This document shows, piece after piece, positions 50,757 through 59,206 of a DNA stretch of 64,000 nucleotides. Position 1 is the first letter of the stretch. Every line of letters starts with the position of its first letter. The stretch is taken from positions 2,528,001-2,592,000 of the forward strand of contig OY771587.1 of NCBI GenBank assembly GCA_963674825.1. Direction: 5' to 3'. The position numbers and the translations under genes were made by a program. The stretch comes from Candidatus Cloacimonadales bacterium. GTDB lineage: Bacteria; Cloacimonadota; Cloacimonadia; Cloacimonadales; JAIOQZ01. The notes beneath the pieces are model-generated. The model saw only the letters and a program-made list of their open reading frames with translations, did no database searches and was not told where the DNA came from.

Positions 50757-53114
50757 ATGAAAAACTCTGTACTAATAACGTTGCTTATTTTATTTGTTGC
50801 ATGTCAATCGCTCATTGCGGTTCAAAAAGTACACCTCTGGCACACCATGGAGCCGAACAAACGCCCTCTGCTGGCGGAAGTCGTCGATCAATTCATGCAA
50901 GACAACCCCGATATCGAAGTTATTCTGCTATCGAAGAATGTTGAAGAGCTTCGAACCGGTTACCAGGCTGCTGCTGCCTTTACCGGCGGTGGACCGGAAC
51001 TGGTTTACGGCCCCATGGATCAGATCGGACCTTTCGAGGTCATGAAGCTCAAGAATAGCGATAAAAGCATCATCATGCCGCTGGAAGAGGTGTTCCCCGA
51101 AGAGTTTTTCGAGAAATTCACGCCCAACGGGCTGATCCGCTACAAGGGTCACCTTTACATGATTGCAGACCGCATTGGTAACCACCTTGCTTTACCTTAT
51201 AATAAAAGACTTTTCGACGAAGAAGGTATCCCCGGACCGCCTCAGACCATCGAAGAGCTGATCGAATATGGTCAGAAGCTTACAAAGGATACCGATGGTG
51301 ATGGTAACATCGATCAGTGGGGCCTCGTCTGGAACTACACAGAACCATTCTGGTACATTCCGTTCTTCGGCGGTTACGGTGGAAAGGTTTTCGATGAAAA
51401 CGGCAAACCAGAGCTGGGCTCGCAGGCTGCTGCCGACGCCTTCCGTTTGATCAAGGACATGCGCGACGAATATAAGATCATGCCGCCTGAATGCGATTAC
51501 GATATCGCGGACAATATGTTTAACCAGGGCAACGCCGGTATGATCATCAACGGCGATTGGTCGTGGCAGAAATACATGAACTCACCTGAAGTCGATTTCG
51601 GACTGGCGAAGATGCCGTATGTCCAGGCGGCAGGTCACTGGTGTAGTCCGATGGTGTCCGCAACGGGCTATTCCATCAATTCCAACACCAAGCCCGAGGT
51701 GATGGAAGCCACCAAGAAGCTCCTGGCCTGGCTTACCGGCGAGGAAGTCCAGAAGCGCTTCGCTTCCGAATTCAAGTCGATCCCGTCCATCAAGACCCTC
51801 TACAACGATCCCGAATTTACCAACGATCCCATCGTCAAGACATCCGCCGCGCAGATCGAAGCGGGACAGCTCATGCCGATTGTTCCCGAGATGCGCGCAG
51901 CCTGGGATGCGATGCGTCCAGCGCTGCAAAGCGTCGTCGGTGGAAACATGACACCCGAAGAGGCCGCCGCCTACCAGCAGAAACTCTGTGTCCAGAAAAT
52001 CAACGACATGTATGAGGTCGCCGGTGAGGGTAGCGGAAGCAGTATTACAAAGTATATCATTTATATTGTGGGTATTGCATTGGGTCTTTACCTGACGTAC
52101 CTGCTCATCTTCAAGTTCATCCTGGCACTGCTCAGGAATCCTTACACCATGGACTCGCGCAACGCCCGGTTCGCAATCCTGATCTCGATTCCCGCCGCCA
52201 TCGTGATGTTCGGCGTGGTGGTCTATCCGTTCTTCTACAACATCGTCCTCTCGTTTTCCAACATGAACATGACCAACGTCAATTCGTGGGAAGTGATCGG
52301 CGTGGAGCAGTACGGTAAGGTGTTGTGGGATTTCGATATGAGCTTCGCAGATTACCGCAGTTCGCTCGGAGATAATTCCGGCGTAGTTATTTTCGACTAC
52401 CTCAAGTATTTCTTCTCGCACCATAAATTCATCACCGTATTTATCAAGACGCTCATCTGGACGATCGTCAACGTGTTCTTCCATGTGACGCTGGGTGTGA
52501 TGCTGGCGATGCTGATGAACAGGAAGCTGCCCGGAAAATCGATTTTCCGCGTGCTGCTGATCCTGCCCTGGGCGGTTCCGCAGTACATTGTAGCACTTAC
52601 CTGGCGCGGGATGTTCATTTCGGACACAGGCGCTATTAACCTCATCCTGGGGCATCTCGGTATAGCCCCTGTAAGCTGGCTATCCGAACCGACGATGGCG
52701 TTCATGGCGGCGATCATCACCAATATCTGGCTGGGATTCCCATTCATGATGGTCATCGCGTTGGGAGGCTTACAGTCGATTCCCAAGGAGCTCTACGAAG
52801 CGGCGGAGATCGATGGCGCGTCCTCGTGGAAGCAGTTCTGGAACGTTACGGTTCCGCTGCTCAAGCCGGTGATGGTTCCCGCGATCACACTGGGTACGGT
52901 GTGGACTTTCAACAACCTCAACGTGCTGTGGTTGGTGACCAACGGCGGACAACCCGCGGATCACTCGCATATCCTGGTGACGTACGTCTATCGGGCTGCG
53001 TTCAACCTCTACCGGTACGGCTATGCAGCAGCCTTCAGCGTACTGATCTTCATTTTCCTGGCAATCTTCGGATTGACGTTCATGAATCGCAGCCAGGTCG
53101 CGGAAAAGGCATAG
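50757..53114 (+). CDS. Fused sugar-binding protein + CUT1 permease (MalE-MalF-like fusion)
   Basis: Signal peptide; family-1 SBP (PPQTIEEL, FNQG.AGMIINGDW, MP.VPEM.AAW); then TM segments, LILPWAVP and EAA loop ELYEAAEIDGAS, all in one ORF. Confidence 0.9.
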   Translation: MKNSVLITLLILFVACQSLIAVQKVHLWHTMEPNKRPLLAEVVDQFMQDNPDIEVILLSKNVEELRTGYQAAAAFTGGGPELVYGPMDQIGPFEVMKLKNSDKSIIMPLEEVFPEEFFEKFTPNGLIRYKGHLYMIADRIGNHLALPYNKRLFDEEGIPGPPQTIEELIEYGQKLTKDTDGDGNIDQWGLVWNYTEPFWYIPFFGGYGGKVFDENGKPELGSQAAADAFRLIKDMRDEYKIMPPECDYDIADNMFNQGNAGMIINGDWSWQKYMNSPEVDFGLAKMPYVQAAGHWCSPMVSATGYSINSNTKPEVMEATKKLLAWLTGEEVQKRFASEFKSIPSIKTLYNDPEFTNDPIVKTSAAQIEAGQLMPIVPEMRAAWDAMRPALQSVVGGNMTPEEAAAYQQKLCVQKINDMYEVAGEGSGSSITKYIIYIVGIALGLYLTYLLIFKFILALLRNPYTMDSRNARFAILISIPAAIVMFGVVVYPFFYNIVLSFSNMNMTNVNSWEVIGVEQYGKVLWDFDMSFADYRSSLGDNSGVVIFDYLKYFFSHHKFITVFIKTLIWTIVNVFFHVTLGVMLAMLMNRKLPGKSIFRVLLILPWAVPQYIVALTWRGMFISDTGAINLILGHLGIAPVSWLSEPTMAFMAAIITNIWLGFPFMMVIALGGLQSIPKELYEAAEIDGASSWKQFWNVTVPLLKPVMVPAITLGTVWTFNNLNVLWLVTNGGQPADHSHILVTYVYRAAFNLYRYGYAAAFSVLIFIFLAIFGLTFMNRSQVAEKA

Positions 53115-53124
53115 GGAGGGTCGC

Positions 53125-53961
53125 ATGAATAAGTTCAAGAAAACCATGACAGCAATAATCGTTTACGCGATCGTCCTCTTATTCGTGGTCATCGCGGTAT
53201 ATCCCGTAATGCGCATCCTGACCATCTCGCTGCGGCCGGGCGACAATCTGCTCAACCGCTCACTGGCGATTATCCCGCAGGATGCTACGTTCGATAACTA
53301 CGTTCGCTTGTTCACCGAAAAGCCATTCCTGCTCTGGATCCGCAACAGCCTGATGATCTCCATCACGGTGACGGTGATCGGCGTGGCGTTCGCCTCACTT
53401 GCTGGATACGCGTTCTCTCGGTATCGGTTCCCGGGTCGTAAGGCTGGTCTTCTAAGCCTGCTGATCACGCAGATGTTCCCGGCGACGATGCTGCTTCTGC
53501 CGCTATTTATCATGCTTTCCAAGCTGAATCTGATCAACAGCTTCCTCGGCCTGATCATCATGTACAGCGCGACGGCTCTGCCTTTCAGCATTTGGCTGAT
53601 GAAGGGCTATTACGACACGATCCCGTTCAGCCTCGAGGAATCGGCCATGGTGGATGGTGCGGGACGGTTTTACTCATTCTGGAAGATTATTATGCCGCTG
53701 GCAGCTCCAGCGCTGGTCATCACAGCGCTGTTCAGCTTCATGGCGGCTTGGAACGAATACATTGTGGCAGCACAGGTGCTGTGGTATGAGGAAATGTTCA
53801 CAATCCCATTGGGGCTCAAGAGTCTTCAGGGCAACATGACCACCGAATGGGGTATGTATGCCGCTGGTTCGCTCCTGATCAGCATCCCGGTGGTAGCGCT
53901 TTTCCTGTTCCTCAGCAGGTGGCTTGTGTCGGGTCTCACGCTTGGCAGTGTCAAGGGTTGA
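53125..53961 (+). CDS. Carbohydrate ABC permease (MalG-like)
   Basis: GYAFSRYRFPG, QMFP, KGYYDTIP.SLEESAMVDGA, LVSGLTLGSVKG. Confidence 0.93.
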   Translation: MNKFKKTMTAIIVYAIVLLFVVIAVYPVMRILTISLRPGDNLLNRSLAIIPQDATFDNYVRLFTEKPFLLWIRNSLMISITVTVIGVAFASLAGYAFSRYRFPGRKAGLLSLLITQMFPATMLLLPLFIMLSKLNLINSFLGLIIMYSATALPFSIWLMKGYYDTIPFSLEESAMVDGAGRFYSFWKIIMPLAAPALVITALFSFMAAWNEYIVAAQVLWYEEMFTIPLGLKSLQGNMTTEWGMYAAGSLLISIPVVALFLFLSRWLVSGLTLGSVKG

Positions 53962-54131
53962 GATTTCATAATGTATTCTTGACGAAACAAATATACGTGG
54001 TATTTTATTAGAGGAGTCAGGAGCCATGAGAAAGTTTCTCCTGGAATCTGACGAATATCCTTTGATTGATTCGAGGGCATAACCTCGGGGTGATGTTTTT
54101 TGCATACTAAAATAACAACAGGAGGTTCATC

Positions 54132-55514
54132 ATGAGACGAATCGGTATCGTACTGATCCTTGTTTCATTTGCAATGATCTTGAATGCGGAAATTGGATGG
54201 AGTGGTAATATCTGGCCGAATTCGGCTACGTTCCACGTCCCCACGGAAGACTTAACAATTTACTACCAGATCTGGAAAGACGGAGTGACCCCGGGTGATG
54301 GCCAGGGCGAAGACCTTGAAGCCAATTTCTACTACAGGCTTTCCGGCGAATCTGAATTTGCTTCGATGGCAATGTCCTATCTTGGTGAAGTCGGCAACAA
54401 CGACGAATACAACGTCATTATCGAAGCCGGTACATTTACCACCGGCGACCAGGTCGAATTCTTCTGCGAAGGGCACGACCTTGCTGACGACACTTATTCA
54501 TATGGAACTGACCAGGCTGGTGCAGGTCCATTCACTTCCGATGCTCCGGGAACCTATATCTTCGGTTCACCGCTGCAGCAGAATGTGACGGTTACCTTCC
54601 AGGTCGATCTGACACTGGTTGGCGTACAGGGCGATGTCTCGGTTGCCGGTTCGTTTAACGACTGGTCTGCCGGTACGAATATGCTTACCGATCAGGGCGA
54701 CAACATCTATGCAGGTGAAGTTCTCTTTTTAGCTGGTACAACCCCGATGATCGAATACAAATTCGTAAACGGCGGTAGCTGGGAAGATGCAATCGGTAAT
54801 CGCACGCTTGAGATCGACGACACCAACTCCACAATGGTTCTTGATGTTGTCTATTTCAACGACGACGATCCTGCAAACTACACCACCCAGGATGTAACGG
54901 TTACCATCAACTGTGATGTTGCCGATTCTGTGAATGCTGGTGTCGATTTCACAACCCTTTCCATTTGCGGTAGCGCATCTCCGCTCGATTGGGATTTCAC
55001 CGCGAACACCAATCCTCTTACCGACCAGGGTGACAACATCTGGTCGATCGACGTGACCTTCCCGGCTGGTTCCGAGAAGAACGTCGAATTCAAGTTCGCA
55101 CGCAACAGCATGGACGTGGAAGCTCCCGCTTACACCAACCACACCATGACGATCGACGACGCGGCTGCTACCCAGACAGTCGATGTAGTGTACGGTCAGA
55201 TGACCAACGACGTTGATGGCGGAACCGTTCCCGAATTCCAGACCGTCAATCTGCGTAACTACCCCAATCCCTTCAATCCTGAGACAACCATTGCTTTCAA
55301 CCTTGAGAAAGCACAAAACGTCGAGCTCGCGATTTACAATCTGAAGGGCCAGAAAGTTCGTTCACTCTTCCAGGGCAAAGCTCCGCAGGGTGAAACTCGC
55401 ATCGTATGGCACGGCCTGGACGATAACGGCAAGTCTGTTTCCTCTGGTGTGTACCTGATGCGCATCAAAGGTGGAAGATTCACAGCTTCCGGCAAAGTCA
55501 TCCTGCTTAAATAG
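54132..55514 (+). CDS. Secreted non-catalytic starch-binding protein (two CBM20-like domains) with T9SS type-A/FlgD-Ig CTD
   Basis: Signal peptide; VTVTFQVD...VAGSFNDW...EYKFVNG..WE and a second VTVT..D...EFKF domain; ends NYPNPFNPET...SSGVY..KVILLK. Confidence 0.78.
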   Translation: MRRIGIVLILVSFAMILNAEIGWSGNIWPNSATFHVPTEDLTIYYQIWKDGVTPGDGQGEDLEANFYYRLSGESEFASMAMSYLGEVGNNDEYNVIIEAGTFTTGDQVEFFCEGHDLADDTYSYGTDQAGAGPFTSDAPGTYIFGSPLQQNVTVTFQVDLTLVGVQGDVSVAGSFNDWSAGTNMLTDQGDNIYAGEVLFLAGTTPMIEYKFVNGGSWEDAIGNRTLEIDDTNSTMVLDVVYFNDDDPANYTTQDVTVTINCDVADSVNAGVDFTTLSICGSASPLDWDFTANTNPLTDQGDNIWSIDVTFPAGSEKNVEFKFARNSMDVEAPAYTNHTMTIDDAAATQTVDVVYGQMTNDVDGGTVPEFQTVNLRNYPNPFNPETTIAFNLEKAQNVELAIYNLKGQKVRSLFQGKAPQGETRIVWHGLDDNGKSVSSGVYLMRIKGGRFTASGKVILLK

Positions 55515-55523
55515 CCTCATTTA

Positions 55524-55553
55524 TTCTCCCTCCGTCAGAAGGCGGAGGGAGAA
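55524..55553 (+). other. Strong intergenic hairpin inside the operon
   Basis: TTCTCCCTCCGTC-agaa-GGCGGAGGGAGAA with no immediate poly-U. Confidence 0.6.
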
Positions 55554-55575
55554 AATTTATTTATTGGACGCGTCT

Positions 55576-56673
55576 ATGAAGTGGTTTCTTACACTGACAG
55601 TTCTCGTATTTTCAATCGCACTCACCGCCGTCACTGCATCCGACCTTTCGGGACGTATCGTCATTGACGGCTATAGCGACGATTTCGCAGCAGATGAATT
55701 CATTCTGAGCGATTCCACCGGCGTACCGCTCGAGTACTACAATGACTCTCGCTGGGGCGAAAACAACGACGTACGGCAAATCAAGGTAACATGGGATCAG
55801 GATTTCCTCTACGTCGCCGTCGATGCAACCTGCTGGGATAATAACGTCATCCTCTACATCGATATCTACGACGACTATGGTATTGTAGATATGGATGACA
55901 TGAACACCTGGAATCGTCTCTTCCGTTTTTACAACCTCAATCCGGATTTCTTTCTCGCGACCTGGGACACCAACACCAACCCGCAATTCTGGGTAGTGGA
56001 TGAAGGTTACACCGACTATGCGATCGAAGGTGGAAGCGCCAGCCTCGGCTATGAGGACTACGCTACTTTCGATACAGGCGGAAGCGGTCGTGCCCTGGAA
56101 GCGAAAATCCCTTGGGCCGAGCTCTACTACAGCGAAGAACGCTCCATGCTCAATTACCCTACCATCAAATTCGTATCGGTTATTACCGGTGGCGGTGACC
56201 ACACAGCCGGTCCCGATGCTGCGCCTGATAACCAGAGCGGTATGCCCTCCGATACGCAGACCGTTGTTCTGGACAACTACGTGGAAGTTCCTGTAGATCA
56301 GAACGGCGATGGTGAGCCGGATATGGGGATTATGCCCAATCGTTACACAACGTTTTTCAAGCGTCCACCGTTTGAATCCGAGGCCCTGAAGGTAGAACGT
56401 GTCGTTTTTCATAACGGCAAAGTCTTTGCGCCAACGCGTGGAGAAGCGCTCTCATTCAGCCTGGAAAGCAACCGCGGATCGGTTTTCGATGTTGAGATTT
56501 ATAATCTTGAAGGCAAGAAAATCGGTCTGGCGCCGCTGGTCGATGAACTCGAATGGGAATGGGCCGGACGTGATGAAGACGGAGATGTGGTGCCTTTCGG
56601 AATATACATCCTGCGTTTTATCGCAGATTCTGGAGAGGTCAGTCACAAGGAGGCGGTTGTTCTGATCAAGTAA
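55576..56673 (+). CDS. Secreted DOMON/CBM9-like protein with a variant (type-B-like) FlgD-Ig CTD
   Basis: Start MKWFLT; I.IDG..DDF, TWD.DFLYVAV, LEAKIPW.EL; C-term VFAP..GE...IYNLEG..WAGRDEDG..VPFGIY...VVLIK. Confidence 0.65.
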   Translation: MKWFLTLTVLVFSIALTAVTASDLSGRIVIDGYSDDFAADEFILSDSTGVPLEYYNDSRWGENNDVRQIKVTWDQDFLYVAVDATCWDNNVILYIDIYDDYGIVDMDDMNTWNRLFRFYNLNPDFFLATWDTNTNPQFWVVDEGYTDYAIEGGSASLGYEDYATFDTGGSGRALEAKIPWAELYYSEERSMLNYPTIKFVSVITGGGDHTAGPDAAPDNQSGMPSDTQTVVLDNYVEVPVDQNGDGEPDMGIMPNRYTTFFKRPPFESEALKVERVVFHNGKVFAPTRGEALSFSLESNRGSVFDVEIYNLEGKKIGLAPLVDELEWEWAGRDEDGDVVPFGIYILRFIADSGEVSHKEAVVLIK

Positions 56674-56743
56674 TCGGGTTGTGAAACATCCGGTGATTGG
56701 ACAGATGACCATCAATACAAAGAGATAAGGTTTGTAAGTTTTT

Positions 56744-57628
56744 ATGAGAAAAAAGCTGATTAAATCCAGCCCTGTGCATGGGCTGTTTATGCCGTTACTG
56801 ATCATCTTGCTGTTGGTTCCGGCAATCTCCCATGCCGACTTCAAGGGCATGAACCACGGTGCCCGTGCCTATGCGCTCGGAAACGCCTATACCGCTCTCA
56901 GCGATGATCCCACCGCGCTCTTCTGGAATCCTGCCGGCCTCACAAAGGTCAAGCAATACTCATTCACCATGTCTCACCAGAATCTCTATGGAATCTCCGG
57001 ACTGAACAGCGAGATGATCGCGTTTGCGCTGCCATTCCCGTATGTTCGCACAGGATTCGCGTGGACGCAGGTCAATCTTGAGGGTGAATATTACGAAGAC
57101 GTGTTCCATCTTGGAGCTGCATCCATTTTATGGCTGGGCGAAGTCCCGGTTCGCTTCGGCGCGACGCTGAAATATTTCCGCGTAAGTGTTCCTGGCTATG
57201 CAGACGCTAAAGAAGTCGGCAATCCCGACCTCGATTTCGGTGTGCAGGTCGAGCCCGTAAAGGAGCTGACCCTCAGCGTGGTTACCCGCAATATCTTCCA
57301 GCCGGAATTCAAGCTGGTGGAAGAGGGAGAAAAGCTTGATCGACAGTACGTCGTGGGAGCCTGCTACAGTTGGCGGGAGCTCGTCAATTTCCTCGCGGAC
57401 TACAAATGGGAAGGTGACGAAAGCCAGATGAATTTTGGCTGCGAGATGTGGTTTTACGATGTCTTTGCGCCGCGTATTGGTCTGAGTGGTGAAAATCTTA
57501 CCGCCGGCTTCGGCTTGAAATCGAGCTGGTGGACCATTGACGGAGCGGTTTACCAGCACAATGAGCTGGGCAGTACCTATCGATTGACCTTCGGACTGCG
57601 GTTCGATATGGACGACTTTGAACTATAA
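56744..57628 (+). CDS. PorV/PorQ (UPF0164)-family outer-membrane beta-barrel
   Basis: GARAYALGNAYTALSDDPTALFWNPAGL; C-terminal H.ELG.TYRL.FGLRF. Confidence 0.85.
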   Translation: MRKKLIKSSPVHGLFMPLLIILLLVPAISHADFKGMNHGARAYALGNAYTALSDDPTALFWNPAGLTKVKQYSFTMSHQNLYGISGLNSEMIAFALPFPYVRTGFAWTQVNLEGEYYEDVFHLGAASILWLGEVPVRFGATLKYFRVSVPGYADAKEVGNPDLDFGVQVEPVKELTLSVVTRNIFQPEFKLVEEGEKLDRQYVVGACYSWRELVNFLADYKWEGDESQMNFGCEMWFYDVFAPRIGLSGENLTAGFGLKSSWWTIDGAVYQHNELGSTYRLTFGLRFDMDDFEL

Positions 57629-57638
57629 GGATTACTCA

Positions 57639-59147
57639 ATGAAAAAACGAACGATCGCATTGATTCTGATCCTGTTGGTTGCCGCATTGCTGAAGGCCGG
57701 TCCTATTAAAATGGAAGGTTACCTGGAGGGGCAGTTCGGCAGAACCTACGACTCAGATGAATACAAATGGAATATGTGGGATCCGAATTACTATATCGAA
57801 ACCCGCTTCTTTTCCAGTCCTTTGAAAAACGCCGAGATGTTCTTCAAGATCTATGCGGATAACGACAAGGGAACCGACACGTATAAAAACTCCGGACGTG
57901 CGGAAGCGTTGCTTGGCGAAGGCCATGTCCAGTACCTCTACGAGAAATACGGTTGGGGTGCAAAGAGTGTCTTGTTCACCCGTGAAAGCGGTCACTACTG
58001 GACGGACGGCTCCATGCTCGGTATCGTCAATACCGGATCGGTGAACAACGGCGGTAACGGACAGGGTGTCCGCTTCGATACGTGGTATCCGTACGGTGGA
58101 AGCTTCACCTATGTTTTCTCTGATTTCTCATCAGGTGAAGGCGACGATGTGCACCTCATGCGCTATCGTCAGAGCCTATCGGAACGCGTACGCTTTGGCG
58201 TATTCTATCAGAGGAAGAATTATTCCACTGCGCAAGAGAACGACTACAACGAAGTCGCCGCAGTTGATTTCCATGCGGGTATGGGACGCTATATCCTTAA
58301 CACCGAATTTGCATGGAGCGACGTACCTGCTGAGGAAGATGTTCAGGCGCAGAATGACGAATATTCCGGCTTCAACGATTTCTTCAAATCAAATGTCGCC
58401 GCGAAAGCCGAACTCATGGGATTCCGCATTGGAACGGCGAAGCTCGGCTACATCCTTATGAAACCGGGTGTCTGGTCATACGGCGATACGTATCGCAATT
58501 ACATGGGAGAGGATCACCGCAATGAATACGGCTACTGGCTGGATACGAAGTATCTGGTTCCAAACCGCGCTATAACCATTACGTTGAACTACTCTACATG
58601 GCGCAATCAGGTGGCGGATACTGTCTATGTTACGACGCTGCAAGATACTATGTATGTCAGCAAACCCAAGGAAGTTTACAATCCAGGAACCAACCTCTAC
58701 AGCGAGATGTATATCGAGTTTGTGAAAGGCTTCAAGGGTAAGGTTTTCTTCAACAAAAAAGACGAAGAAACCAACAACACATTGGAAAAACACTACGACC
58801 TTTTCATGGAGCTCTCTGTGGAAAACCGGCTCGCCAAGCTCCTTACCCAGTTCAAGATCAAGGACATGGGAGAGGATTCGGAGGTGCAGCTTACCGGCGT
58901 GGAGGTCAGCGTTAATCTCACCGACAAATGGAAGTTCTTCATGCGCGGCATGATTGCCACGGACGATGTGGGTTCGCGTCACAGTATCTTCGGTGAGATT
59001 CAATACCGTCTCAGTGGCAACACCGAGCTCTACCTGCAATACGGACCAAGCTGGTGGGGTCAGTACGGACTGGTCAACGACGACAGTTTTGCAACCGGTG
59101 GCGACATGCAGAAGGAAGTGAAGCTGATCCTCAAAGGATGGTTCTGA
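57639..59147 (+). CDS. Hypothetical outer-membrane beta-barrel (barrel A)
   Basis: Signal peptide MKKRTIALILILLVAALLKA; amphipathic aromatic-rich strands; terminal Phe (VKLILKGWF). Confidence 0.65.
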   Translation: MKKRTIALILILLVAALLKAGPIKMEGYLEGQFGRTYDSDEYKWNMWDPNYYIETRFFSSPLKNAEMFFKIYADNDKGTDTYKNSGRAEALLGEGHVQYLYEKYGWGAKSVLFTRESGHYWTDGSMLGIVNTGSVNNGGNGQGVRFDTWYPYGGSFTYVFSDFSSGEGDDVHLMRYRQSLSERVRFGVFYQRKNYSTAQENDYNEVAAVDFHAGMGRYILNTEFAWSDVPAEEDVQAQNDEYSGFNDFFKSNVAAKAELMGFRIGTAKLGYILMKPGVWSYGDTYRNYMGEDHRNEYGYWLDTKYLVPNRAITITLNYSTWRNQVADTVYVTTLQDTMYVSKPKEVYNPGTNLYSEMYIEFVKGFKGKVFFNKKDEETNNTLEKHYDLFMELSVENRLAKLLTQFKIKDMGEDSEVQLTGVEVSVNLTDKWKFFMRGMIATDDVGSRHSIFGEIQYRLSGNTELYLQYGPSWWGQYGLVNDDSFATGGDMQKEVKLILKGWF

Positions 59148-59206
59148 TGAATACGACAAACTATATACATGATAAATATTTGAAAAACGATGGAACAGGA
59201 GATAGA

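Noticed and set aside
56744..57628. FadL fatty-acid transporter
   Set aside because: It is too short (~290 aa), and the CTD-substrate context fits the PorV/UPF0164 branch better.
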